From: Monocercomonoides exilis PA203
Lineage: Eukaryota > Protista > Preaxostyla
DNA length: 64,000 nt
Assembly: GCA_001643675.2 (NCBI GenBank)
Contig: LSRY02000036.1
Location: forward strand, 434,001-498,000
Direction of reading: 5' to 3'
Below the pieces are notes generated by a model, which was not told the DNA's origin, ran no database searches, and saw only the letters and a list, made by a program, of their open reading frames with translations. Made by a program: the position numbers and the translations under genes. Shown here piece by piece: positions 12,456 through 24,699 of this stretch (positions within the stretch are counted from its first letter, which is position 1; each line of letters starts with the position of its first letter).

Positions 12456-13337
12456 TACTTATTAAAAGATTAAAGCTATTTTTGATTTTCCGTTTTGTTC
12501 CAAGTTTTGAGTGTTATCACGTCGCAAAAGTCAAAATCAGAATAAGTCATAATTTTGCTTTGAGGCTTTTCCCTGCTTGGAGATAGAACAGAAAAGAGCA
12601 GATGAAAGAAGCCATGCAGATTGAGGGGTTCTGAACTGTGGTGCTTCAGTGCTCTCTTTTTTTGTTATTAATTGCGTGCTGAAATGTGGCACTATCTTGA
12701 AAATGGGCAACAAGGCGGAGCAGCAATATCCATTTGAATGAACAATAAATTATTGAAATGCATGAATGAAATATGGCTTATAAAATGACCATCCAAAACT
12801 GTTCATATTTGAAAAAATTGTTCCAAAAATCGAGCATTTTTGCTTTCAAATTCGAAAATATTTTATTGTTTGAAAATATTGAACATATGAGTGACACTTT
12901 TCGAAGTCAAATTTTTCTTTCAAAAATATCAATTACAACGAGTAAAAAACCCGAACATGGTAAAAAACCCGGACTTTTTATTAAAATTCATATATCTCGA
13001 CAAGTTTAAAAAATTAAATTATAATAATTCACACATTCATACATCAGTATATAACACATCTAGCCATATTGGAATTTTTATTTGTTGTGCTGTATTTATG
13101 AAGAAATAAATAATTTTTATTTTTGAAAATTTGACTTTTAATGAATTTTTCTATTTCAAAAAAACGATTCAGTTCATCTTTTATACATGAAACTTATTTT
13201 TTCTTTGTTGCAAACTGTTCGGGTTATTTTTCATTTTCTGCAATTTGCTCTTTACAACGGAATGAAAATCAATCATTTTTGAAAAATCACACTCAATGGG
13301 ATAACTTCAAAAATATTTTTTTCCAAACTCATAAGCA

Positions 13338-13596
13338 TACTTGTGAATTTAACACATGCATCAATAAATATGATAGTTATATAAAATGACTACATTTTTG
13401 AAATTTAAAATGATTCTATATTCATTTCATTAAATGCAATTTGGAAGAAAATTCAACAATAATGATCATAAAAAATTTTCAGTAATGAAAATAATCTTTG
13501 TTTATGAAATGAATATAGAATCATTTTAAATTTCAAAAATGTAGTCATTTTATATAACTATCATATTTATTGATGCATGTGTTAAATTCACAAGTA
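13338..13596. mobile_element. Foldback/MITE-like element B: 93-bp perfect inverted repeats (13338-13430 / 13504-13596, including terminal TA) around a 73-bp spacer
   Basis: TA-CTTGTGAATTTAACACATGC... and ...GCATGTGTTAAATTCACAAG-TA; non-coding and AT-rich. Confidence 0.7.
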
Positions 13597-13992
13597 CAGA
13601 TATCGCATAAAATACCGGACATCGCACAAAATACCGGACAAGATCGATATCTCAATAACCACAAGAAGAAAAATTCTGCTAAATTTCCTCTTAACATATT
13701 TCATCAATACAAACTCACGTGACATACAAGACTTTCAGGACAGCTTCGCTTGAGCCCAGAAAAAATTATTATTGAAATTTCGGAGAAATAGAATTTTGAG
13801 TTTCTCCGAGATTTCGATAAATATTTTTTCTGGGCTCAAGCGAAGCTGTCCTGAAAGTCTTGTATGTCACGTGAGTTTGTATTGATGAAATATGTTAAGA
13901 GGAAATTTAGCAGAATTTTTCTTCTTGTGGTTATTGAGATATCGATCTTGTCCGGTATTTTGTGCGATGTCCGGTATTTTATGCGATATCTG
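13597..13992. mobile_element. 396-bp foldback MITE (family A), Tc1/mariner-like TA flanks; its centre is the axis of the giant palindrome
   Basis: TA|CAGATATCGC...GCGATATCTG|TA; 170-bp arms; two 19-bp subterminal direct repeats ATCGCA(T/C)AAAATACCGGAC; 56-bp imperfectly symmetric spacer; homologous, same-length copy at 36131-36526. Confidence 0.88.
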
Positions 13993-14251
13993 TACTTGTG
14001 AATTTAACACATGCATCAATAAATATGATAGTTATATAAAATGACTACATTTTTGAAATTTAAAATGATTCTATATTCATTTCATAAACAAAGATTATTT
14101 TCATTACTGAAAATTTTTTATGATCATTATTGTTGAATTTTCTTCCAAATTGCATTTAATGAAATGAATATAGAATCATTTTAAATTTCAAAAATGTAGT
14201 CATTTTATATAACTATCATATTTATTGATGCATGTGTTAAATTCACAAGTA
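13993..14251. mobile_element. Mirror copy of foldback element B
   Basis: Reverse complement of 13338-13596. Confidence 0.7.
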
Positions 14252-15484
14252 TGCTTATGAGTTTGGAAAAAAATATTTTTGAAGTTATCCCATTGAGTGT
14301 GATTTTTCAAAAATGATTGATTTTCATTCCGTTGTAAAGAGCAAATTGCAGAAAATGAAAAATAACCCGAACAGTTTGCAACAAAGAAAAAATAAGTTTC
14401 ATGTATAAAAGATGAACTGAATCGTTTTTTTGAAATAGAAAAATTCATTAAAAGTCAAATTTTCAAAAATAAAAATTATTTATTTCTTCATAAATACAGC
14501 ACAACAAATAAAAATTCCAATATGGCTAGATGTGTTATATACTGATGTATGAATGTGTGAATTATTATAATTTAATTTTTTAAACTTGTCGAGATATATG
14601 AATTTTAATAAAAAGTCCGGGTTTTTTACCATGTTCGGGTTTTTTACTCGTTGTAATTGATATTTTTGAAAGAAAAATTTGACTTCGAAAAGTGTCACTC
14701 ATATGTTCAATATTTTCAAACAATAAAATATTTTCGAATTTGAAAGCAAAAATGCTCGATTTTTGGAACAATTTTTTCAAATATGAACAGTTTTGGATGG
14801 TCATTTTATAAGCCATATTTCATTCATGCATTTCAATAATTTATTGTTCATTCAAATGGATATTGCTGCTCCGCCTTGTTGCCCATTTTCAAGATAGTGC
14901 CACATTTCAGCACGCAATTAATAACAAAAAAAGAGAGCACTGAAGCACCACAGTTCAGAACCCCTCAATCTGCATGGCTTCTTTCATCTGCTCTTTTCTG
15001 TTCTATCTCCAAGCAGGGAAAAGCCTCAAAGCAAAATTATGACTTATTCTGATTTTGACTTTTGCGACGTGATAACACTCAAAACTTGGAACAAAACGGA
15101 AAATCAAAAATAGCTTTAATCTTTTAATAAGTAAAAATAAAATAAAATAAAATAAAATAAAATAAAATTTGGGCAAATCAAACATTTTGGAAAATAACAC
15201 ATTTGTGCCTCACCGCAGCAACTCCAGCCAGCAAAGAAACGAATTGAAAAGAAAAAAGAAAAAAGAAAAAAGAGACACAACAAGAAGAAGAACCAGTTGG
15301 GCAGGCAAATCAGAGCAAAGTCATCTGAAGCATTGCTTTCGTGCATCGCATGAGCACACAGGCACGCTCTGAGGAGGACACACGAGCACACAAGGCAAAA
15401 GAGCCTGCACAAGAGTGCAAAACAGACAAAGCAGCAATCACTCGCACCCGGATGCTGCTACTCCCCCGGCGCGCACCGACAGCT

Positions 15485-18400
15485 TCAAAAGAAATATGAC
15501 AAGAACTCTTCCGACTCCAGCGCGTCTTTCTCCACAATCACCTCCACACGCCCCGCCCTTTCTTCTTCTTCTGCTGCTGCTTCTTCTGCTTCTCCCTCCA
15601 TCCTTTCCATCCCTTCCATGTCGTCGTGCTTCTTGCTGCTGTGTGGAGATGCCGAATCCAGAGAAGCCGGCTGAAGAGACAGCAACATCTGTGCCTGTGC
15701 CTGTGCCTGTGTCTGCACAGCAGGCGCTCTGTTCTCCTCTTCCCTCAGCCGCCTCTCAAACTCCCCCCAAAACGAGCTCCCAACCCGCTGCGCCCAAACA
15801 AGCGTCGCCTCGTCAAACGTCGCATCCGACAGAACCTTCCCCAGCTGCTCTGCCCCGCCCGCCCGTCTGCCCCGCCCCTTCAGCTCCCGCTGGATCTGCT
15901 CCCGCTCCTTCCGCGGGATCGCAAAGTCTGCCCCCAGCCACACAAACACGCTCCTCTGCCCTGCCAATCGCATCGCCATACTACTGCTGCTGCTATTGTT
16001 GCTATGGTCATTGCCATTGCTATTGCTGCTGCCTGCCCCTCCCTTCCCTCGCTCCCTCCACCCCCAACCAGCGGCACCAGAACAAGACACCGCGACGACG
16101 ACAGCCCTTCGCTGTCAAACGAGTCGATCTCTGTCCACTTCGGATACTCAAACATCCGCGCCATCGGTGGATTTTCTCCTCCTCCTCCACTTCCTCCTCC
16201 ACTTCCTCTGCTCTCCATGTCCCAGGCAGATGCGACACTTCGCACTGACTGCTCATCTGCTCCTGAATAGCACAATGATGCTGCTGATGATGATGATGAG
16301 CTTGGCAGATTATGTTGTTGTTGATGTTGCATATCTTGGCTGGCCACTGCAGCCGTTGTGCTTTCCATCCGCAGCCCCATCGGCTTTCCCACACATTCCT
16401 CGTGCTGTGCAGACGGTGGCACACCCAACGACAGCACCAGACGCGACGGACACACCGATCTCGATGGCGGCGTCTGAAACACATCTGCCCTTCCGTCCTC
16501 CTCTTCCTCTTCCTCCTCCTCTTCCCTGCTCTCCTCGCTACCTCTTCCCCTCACACCTTCAACCCCATTCTCATTCTCATTCTCACTCCCATTTTCTCCC
16601 CTGCCCTCACCCTCGCCTTCGCCTTCACCCTCACCTTCACCCTCGCCCCCGCTCCTGCTCCTGCTGCCCCACCCGCCCTCGCCAAACATCCCCCTGTCTG
16701 TGTGTGCATTCCGCTCCTGCTCAAACTGCCGCTGTGCTTCTCCTCTCCGCAGCCTCGGCGACGATGAAGGAGGCGTCCCAAAAGCTGCAAAAGGTGCAAA
16801 TGATGCAAATGAGACAGCTCCCCTCCCAGACAAGCTTCCAGAGCATGCTGGCGACACTGCCCCTCCTCCTCCTGTTCCTGTTCCCAATCCCATCCCAAAC
16901 GACCCCAGCCGCCGGATCCGCCTCGTCAGCGCCGGCGTGCTTGCACCCGAGCAGACCGACAACTGCCCCGGCGATGGCGCTCCCGACGGCAAAGGCGACG
17001 CCTCGCCTGCACTGTCCAAAGGGAAGTGCTGCACAGAAGACGACTCGCTTGTGCTGAACAGCGACGATAGGAACGAACGCGACTCTGCCTCACTCAACGC
17101 TTTTCCTCTTTCCTCTTCTCTTTCCTCTTCTCTTTCTCTTCCTCCTGCTTTTGATTCTGTGTCTTCTACTGAATCATATTCTGTGTGAGTTGAGTGTGTT
17201 GAGCGAGATGAGAATGCCAGCTCTTCATGCTGCTCAGCTGTGCTTCTTCTCTCTCTCCATTCTGACTGCTTCCTGTCTCCCCCCTCCCTTCCTCCTGAGC
17301 TCCTTCTGCTTCCTCCTCTTTCTCCCTCTGCCCTCCTCTCACTCAGAAACTCCCCCTCTCCAATCTCTCTTCTTTCGCTCTTTCTCTTTCTCCTCCTCCT
17401 TCTCTTTCTTCTTCTTCTTCTCTTTTCACTCCTTTCACTCTTTTCACTCCTTTCACTCCTTCTGCTGCTATCAATGCTGTTGATGCTGTTGATGCTGTTG
17501 ATGCTCCCTGTCTGAAGTGAATGTGAATGTGAATGTTTGTGGAAGCACCCCAGCTGAGTCGCTCTTCCCATCTCAGATGTCGTTTCTCTTTCTCTTTCTC
17601 TTTCTGTCTGCCCAATTGATGATGATGAAGATAATGTTGATGATGAAGTTAAAGATGATGATGATGATAATGTTGATTGTAAATGTGAAGGTGAAGGTGA
17701 TTGTGATTGTGAATGAAGATGAAGATGGAGATTGGAAAGTGCAGGCACACAAGAATCACTCGGCGTTTGGGTTGAAGTGGATGGCGAGGTGGATGATGAA
17801 GTGGAACAATCAGACGATGATGATGGCAATGAAGTGGAATGGAATGATAGCAGAGGAACAGAACGAGGAATGTGAAGTGTCGGAAGTGCAGCAAATGCGA
17901 TTCCCTTTTTCTCTTCCCCCTTTCTCTCCTGCTGAAGTGGTGTCTCTGTGTTCTTTGCTGCTGATGCTGTTGATGATGATGATGTTGATGATGAATGAAG
18001 AGAGTGCTCAATCTGAGATGACGCCTGCGAATCTGCTGCAGATGAGTGCACAGAACACTCACAACACTCAGAACTCAATGAACTCAATGAACTTCTTTCC
18101 TCCTTCTCTTCTTTTTCTTCTTCTGTTTCTTCTTCTATCTCTTTGGCAGTGTCTGTATTTGTGCCTCTCCGCTCCTCTTTTGCCCTCTCTCGCTCCCTCT
18201 CTCCCATCTTCTGCAGCTGACTGCTCTTCCCATGCTCACAAGACACAACACTGTCTGCCAGCTCATCTGGCTGCCCCGAAGAAGACGAGGGAAGAAAAGA
18301 GAACGATGAGAACGATGAGAAGGACGAATCACACGCACAACAAGAATTTGAAGAAGAAATTGAAGAATGAGAAGACGATTCATCATTTCTCTCTCTTTCT

Positions 18401-21115
18401 TCTCTTTCACCCCCTCCCTTCATCCATAGCCTCCCCCCAACTGCCCACAACGCCTCTTCATCCAGCGCCGAGTCTTCCCCAATCACTTCGCTCGTGTCGC
18501 TCAGCCTCCCAAAATCAACAGTCGCCAGCTGACTTCTTTCTCTTTCTCTTTCTTCTCTTTCTCTTCCTCTTCCTCCATTCGGCTTCTCATCCTCAGATGC
18601 TCTTCGGAATGTCTTCAGCTCTTCATACTGATTGTTCTGTGTGGATGTTGTGAATGATGATGATGATGATGATGATGATGAAGTCGTTGATGAGGTTGTG
18701 TGTGTCTCCACCTGACGCCTCTGACTCACCTCGTTCAGACAACAATCCGGCTGCTCTTCCACCATCCTTTGCAGAAGCTTCCAGAACTCTCTTTCTTCTC
18801 TCCATTCAATCGACTCACACACTTTTTCTGCCTCACTTTTTCCTCTTCCTTCTCTTCCTTCTTCTTCTTCTTCTTTTCCTTCTTCTTCTCTTTCCCATCT
18901 GTTCCCCTGCCGCACACACACCACTTCCTCTCTCCCCTCCCTCCTCTCCCGCACCAGCGGAAACACCTCCGCCGGCAGCGAAAGCACTGCCTCTCGCTCA
19001 AACACCGTCTTCGTGTCGATCTTCACCCCGCCTTCCAACTCTGTCTCCTCCACCATCTCTGCCACCAGTGGCACCCGATGCTCTCCTTCTCCTTCCCCTT
19101 CTCTTCCTTCTTCCTCTTCTTCTTCCCTTTCTTCCCTTTCTTCTCTTCTTCTTCTTCTCTCTTCCCTCTCTCTTTCATTTCCCCTCTGCTCATTCTCTGC
19201 CACTTCCTCACTTTCCTCATCCCCTCCCAATCTCTCTCTATCTGTCCAAAGCACAGAGTCACTTCTCTCTCTTCCCCAAACACATTGTTCTTTCCCATCC
19301 TCATCTGCCTCCTCTTCTCTTCTTTCTCTTCGCTCACTCTGCTCTTTTCCCTCTTCTTCTTTCATCTCTTCTGCTTCTCTCCCTCCTTTCCCACAAAACT
19401 CCCCTTTTCTCGTCTTCCTCTTCCTCTCTTTCTCTCTTTCATGCCTCTCCTTCACTCGCTTCAGCTTCGCTTCAAGCTCCCCCAGACTCCTCGAAAACTT
19501 CTCACACTCTTTCTTCTCCCATCTCTCTTCTTCTTCTTCATTCTCACTCTCCTTTCCACTCTTCCCAAAAGGCAGCTGCTCCCCCAGCCACCGCCCATAC
19601 TCCACCCCTGCTGCCACATACTCCCTCTTCGCCTTCATCCCCACCCACACCCCAACCCCACACCTCCCAAACAGCACATACACAAACCGCCGGTCAAACG
19701 ACTTCTCGCTCAGCGGAACACCAACCCTGTGCGGTGTCACTGCTGCCACCCTCTCCATCTTCTCCTTCCTCTCCTTCCTCTCCTCCTTCCTCCTCCAATT
19801 ATCTTTTCTCCCTCTTCTCCCTCTTCTCCCCCTTCTTTCTCCTTCATCTTCTTCATCGTCTTCTTCCTCAGAATAATCTGAACTGCTTCCTTCTCCTTCC
19901 TCTTCATCCTCTTCCTCATCCTCTACCAACGCAAACTCTGATGGGTTGCTCTGTGCTCCCATCCTCCACAGCCCCCACATCACCCCCTTCTCCTTCTCAT
20001 TCTCCTTCTCATTCTCCTTCTCATTCTCATTCTCATTCTCTCTTTCGCTCTTCTCCCTCTCCCTCTTCTCCCACAACTGCCACAGCCCCTCCTGCTGCCG
20101 AGACTCCAGCTGAAGCTGCCGCACAAACCCCTCGTTCGGCCGGATCACCCCGCGCTCCCGCCGGCTCCACGACAGCACACACGACAGCGACGCATTCAGC
20201 GCATACATCAGATACCCCAGACACACAGACGCCGACCGCGACACCCCCTGGTGGCAGTGCACAAAAAACACCGCCTCCTTCCCTTCCCCGTCTCTTCCCC
20301 CGTCCATGTCCCCCCTGCTCCTCCTCTGCCTGTCCAACCCCATCCCACTCTCTTTTTTCTCCCTCCCCTCTCTTCCCCGTTTCTCATGCTCCCCATCCTC
20401 CAATGCTGCAATCTTCCTCCTCTTCCTCCTCATCTTCCTCGTCTTCCTCCTCCTCCACTCCCGCCGCTCTGCCTCGATCGCAAAGATCGCATACGGCAGC
20501 AGCGAGATCACATCCTGCTCTGCGTCGTCGCTCAGATTCACCTGCATGTACCGGAACTCCCCAGGGAAATACGCCGGGCACACCCCTGCTGCACAGTTCA
20601 GGATGTGCGTCACCCCCCTTCCCATGCAGCAGCTCCCGGTCCGCCGCCACCTTCCGAGACCCCACATACACATACGGCAGCACCCCCGAGCACTGCCCCT
20701 CGAAGTACTGCAGCTTCTCCGCCCGCGCCGCCTCCTCGTCCACTGACACCGTCCGCCTCGCCAGAATCTTCGAGATGTCCAGCATCAGCGACTGCTTCCC
20801 GTGCACCGCCCCTCCCGCTGCCTCTCCTCTTCCTCCCTCCCCTGCCCCAATTCCAACCCCAATTCCAACCCCAATCCCAACCCCAGCCCCAACCATTCCT
20901 TCAACATTCCTCTTTTCCTTTTCCCTGCTCTCTCCCAGCCCTTCCCCTCCATCTGCCTCTCCCCTCATCGCTGCTCCCCGCAACACCCTCTGCTCCTCGC
21001 CTTCTCCTGCACCCTCTCCACACTCGCTTCCGTGCCCTCCTCTTCCATCCAGTTCAGCACAATTTGTATTTTCTTCCTGCTGCGCTCTTTTCTGCTTTTC
21101 GTCGTCCGTTTCCAT
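15485..21115 (-). CDS. MKP1: MKP1-like dual-specificity phosphatase, second copy (only two frameshifts, ~20615 and ~16045)
   Basis: ORFs 20384..21115, 15880..20673 (1597 aa, contains HCHQGVSRS) and 15485..16090 join into one reading; total span 5631 nt is divisible by 3. Confidence 0.82.
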
Positions 21116-23012
21116 TCCTTTCTGTTTCGATATTTTCTGCGTCTTGCCTGTGTTTCCGCCCCCTCCGTCCAGTTCCTGAACGGATATTCAATCCTCTTTC
21201 TTTCCCAACAATTATATAATGGGCCGCTCAAAACTCCTTCCTCATAAAAACACTCTTCGAAAAGTTAACGAATATTCACCATCCAAATATACAGTATTAT
21301 TAATTTTATTTTTGCAGCAAGCACACAATGATACAAAATCAATAAAACATTAATTATTGAGAATTATTCTGAGATGAGAAAATGAAATATGATTGAAAAA
21401 CACTCAAAAAAGACAATCTTTCTCTCCTTTTTTTTTTATCACAAAAAAAATTAATATCGGTATCAATTGAAAAAATAGAAGCAAATTGATTGTGGTGAAA
21501 AGCAAAGAAAAAGTCGTCATTTGCCATCAAACGCACAGAAAAGACAAATTGCACTTCAAATCATCGTTCTCCTCACTCAACCTTCGAGCACAAATTCTGA
21601 TTAACCTTTTGAAGCAGACACACTCCACAGGCATCTGCTGCTCCTGAACGATCCAATTTCAGTTGAGAGAACAATAGATGAACGAAGTGGAGATGTCTTT
21701 CAACAGGCACCGAAGCCAATGAACACGAAAAAAGTGCAACATGAAATGGCCTCTGTGTTTTCCAAAGGGACTTTGCTTCTTCATTCCTTCCCTTCTCTCA
21801 AAAACACCTCTTCTGTCTCCGTCTGCCTTGCCTGCCCGCCACGCCAATTCCACCCAGCCCAAACAACACCTGCTTCTTCATCTTCAACATTGCTTCCCAA
21901 CCAACCCCCACAAAAAGCACATGTCTTCCCCGTTCTGTCCAGCTGGCACATACCTTTCACAACCCCGTGGCTGCTGCTCTCTGATCTGCCAATCGTCTTC
22001 AAATGCCTCTTTCTGCCTTTGGCGTTGTTATTCAATTCCTCTTTTGTTGTCTCTTTGCAGATTGCTGTCTTTCATGATTTATAAGACAGCACACACAGAA
22101 GGAGAGACAGAAAACATGGCTGAGGATCTTTCTGCAAAACGAATTCAAAACGAATTCAAGACGAACTGAGAGAGTTCTCCTTTTCTGCCCCAATCCTTCT
22201 CCTTCTCCACTGCTTCCTTTCCCCAATGAACACAAAAAACATTTCTGCATCATTTGGGAGCAGCTCCTATGCCCATTTCATCGTCAAGGAAATCCACTTC
22301 CCATGCGCCAAACACAACAGCCATCAAGCTGCAAATGCTCTTGGTGTGTTTTCTTCAATATATAAAAAGGGAACAAGCCTGATGATGCGTTTGCAAATAA
22401 AAAGGAATGAAATGAAGAAGAAGGGGAAAAAAGCGTGAAAGTCATATCGCAGACCTCGTGTTTGAAAGAGGAATACTGGTTTTCAGACATTTATTTCTTT
22501 CAGCTGAACCAATCTGGTTGTTTGTCATCCTTTCCTCCTCCTCCAAGTTCCATTCTCGTGTGCTGAAATGTAGATAAGGCACAAATACACAAACTGCAAA
22601 GAGTTCAGAAAAACAACAAAAAAAATCAAAAGAAAACCATCATTGTTTCTGTTTCTGTTTGAATTATTATTTGTTTGATCAAAAAAAATCAAAAAAACAC
22701 TTGTGTTTGCTCTGTTTTTCTTTCGTTTTGCTCCCCATCAACAATGTTTGTGTTTTCTGATTGTTCTGCCGACGCAATGCTTTGCCCTGCTGATGGAACG
22801 TGTTTTTCGCAATCAGAATGGATGAGCGCGTCAACAGAGCGAATGCAGATGGAATCGAGGAGATTTCTCCAAAGAATAGGTTTGGGGGTTTGTTTATTTT
22901 TGCTGTGTTTTTTTCGGGCCACGTCTTTTGGTGATTTGCACAATTCTGCGAAGAGCTGTATAATGAGCTGGGGCAATGCTCAGAGGCGGAGCAAAAACAG
23001 AAGACAGAAGAA

Positions 23013-24314
23013 ATGGACAGAGTGCTGAAAGACATGAGCACGGACGATATTTTTGATGTTTTCAAGGAAGAGCGGTTCGAGGAAATGCACAGAATGATTG
23101 AAGAAGAGAAAATGAAGATGGAGGATTGTGTGCGTTGGCTGATGGGCATTGGGCGTCGCACTGCATTGTGTGGTTTGTGGTGGATTAACTTTAAAGATTC
23201 TTTGCTGTGCAAACGATTTGAGAAGATGATTGTGAAAGAAGATGGGAGAAAGGAAGAAAAGAACGAAAAGCTGTTGATTCATCTTTGCGAGTGTTATCTT
23301 TTGCTATGCTATGCATATCCAAAGGAATTGCTTTCAATTTGTTTGCGTTGCGTTTTGAAAGTTGCTTCAGACAAAGATAGCAGTTGTGAAGCATTGATGG
23401 AAAAGGATATGGCTTTCACAGCCTTGGGCCACGTTGATGAGTTTGAGGCGTGCCTTTCTTTCTTTCTTTCTTTATTTCTTTCTAATTTTATTATATATAT
23501 ATATATTGAATGATTTTGATATTTGTTGACGAACACGCAAACAAAACAAAAACAGGAGGTGGATGAAGAAATGTATTTGGATGAAACATTGGAAATGATG
23601 AGATATCATCAGGAGCATCGCAACATGTCATCTTATGGATATCAGCTTGCGTGGGGGTTTTTGATAAGCAGACTGAGAAAAAACGAAAAGATGGAAAAGG
23701 TGATTGTGGAGGAGCTTCATTTTGTGAGAGAATCGAGGAGAGAACTGGAAGAGCTGAGAAAGCGGATGCACATGGAGAAAGCGGGAGACAGGCTGAAGAA
23801 AACAAATGAAGAAGAAGTTATTGAGAGATGGATTAAAGTTATTGGTGACTTTTTCGGATATTTCCGACTGAAGAACGAGGAATACAGCGAGCTGATTGGT
23901 GCAGTTGTTGGATTGTGCAAAGGAACGAGAGGGGATGGGAGCGCAATATTCATGAAGGGCATTGCTCGTCTGGCGAATGTTGCATGCCTTGAAGCAGTCA
24001 GCGTCGATTACTTGGCGAAGGGGGGAGCTGTTGATCTGATTTCCTCTGAAATGCGCCGATTGTGGTTGGATGACCAGACAGCAATTTATTGTTTGGATAT
24101 CACTTTGAATATTTGTCTGAAACTGAGAAAAAGGGGGGTGGATGAAAGAGAGGAAGCAAAAAGGAGAGGGATGGGGAGAGAGATGTTTGAGAGGATGGAA
24201 GAAGAAGGGCACGAAGATGCAATCGCAAGCTTTTATGGAGTGTTATGTTTTCTGAATCGCAGATACGGAAATCATTTATCAGAAAACATATCAGACTATT
24301 TTGTGAATGTCTGA
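23013..24314 (+). CDS. Lineage-specific helical family protein (at least two exons; intron 23448-23555); frame open upstream to ~22930, true start unresolved
   Basis: Motifs EKNEKLLIHLCECYLLL, ICLRCVLKVA, YHQEHRN..YQLAW, ELHFVRE, FERMEEEGHED are shared with 33841..35157 and 48902..50194. Confidence 0.8.
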
Positions 24315-24699
24315 TGAAACGAGAAGCATTTCATTTTGTTGGTGGATAATAATGTTTTTTTTATTTTTTTCATTTCTTTTCGTTTCATTTCTTTTCTTTT
24401 CTTTGGATTGGCTGACGATTCAGCAAACAGCTGCTTGAATCTTCTTTGGAAGCATTGATTATTTTTATTTTTATTTTTTATTTTCTATTCTTTGAAACAA
24501 AGTGAAAAAAAAGAAAGAAAAATGAAAAGAGATGAACAGAGTGCTTTGCCAGTTTTTCACAAATTGCGAAATCGCACCCTTCCTTCCCATTCCAGCCAGC
24601 TGTTCCATTTCCTACAAACCCCATCGCATCACCTGTTCCTCTGCTGAAAAGCATCCTCATCAGATGAATGTGCTGTTCGCAATTCCTCTTCCCAATTAG

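Larger units (their letters stand above)
1..13766 (+). repeat. Left arm of giant inverted duplication (palindrome); may continue beyond the window start
   Basis: Bases 1-20 (cttgaacggcgcatccggca) are the reverse complement of 27581-27600. The ORF track is mirrored throughout (188..940+ = 26661..27413-; 13141..13389+ = 14200..14448-). Perfect pairing near the axis ends at 13766/13823. Confidence 0.97.

Noticed and set aside
13597-13640. Short direct repeats as a possible CRISPR array
   Set aside because: Only two adjacent 19-bp units with no spacers, in a eukaryotic context; they are subterminal repeats of the MITE.
12600-15000. Short ORFs around the axis as a transposase or hairpin-resolving enzyme
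   Set aside because: All are under ~85 aa, AT-rich and lack DDE or tyrosine-recombinase motifs.
6377-21219. Many long antisense/alternative-frame ORFs (e.g. 6417..8939-, 18654..21179+, 188..940+)
   Set aside because: Shadow ORFs of purine-rich, GC3-rich low-complexity coding DNA; they translate to Ser/Leu/Phe/Pro runs with no motifs.
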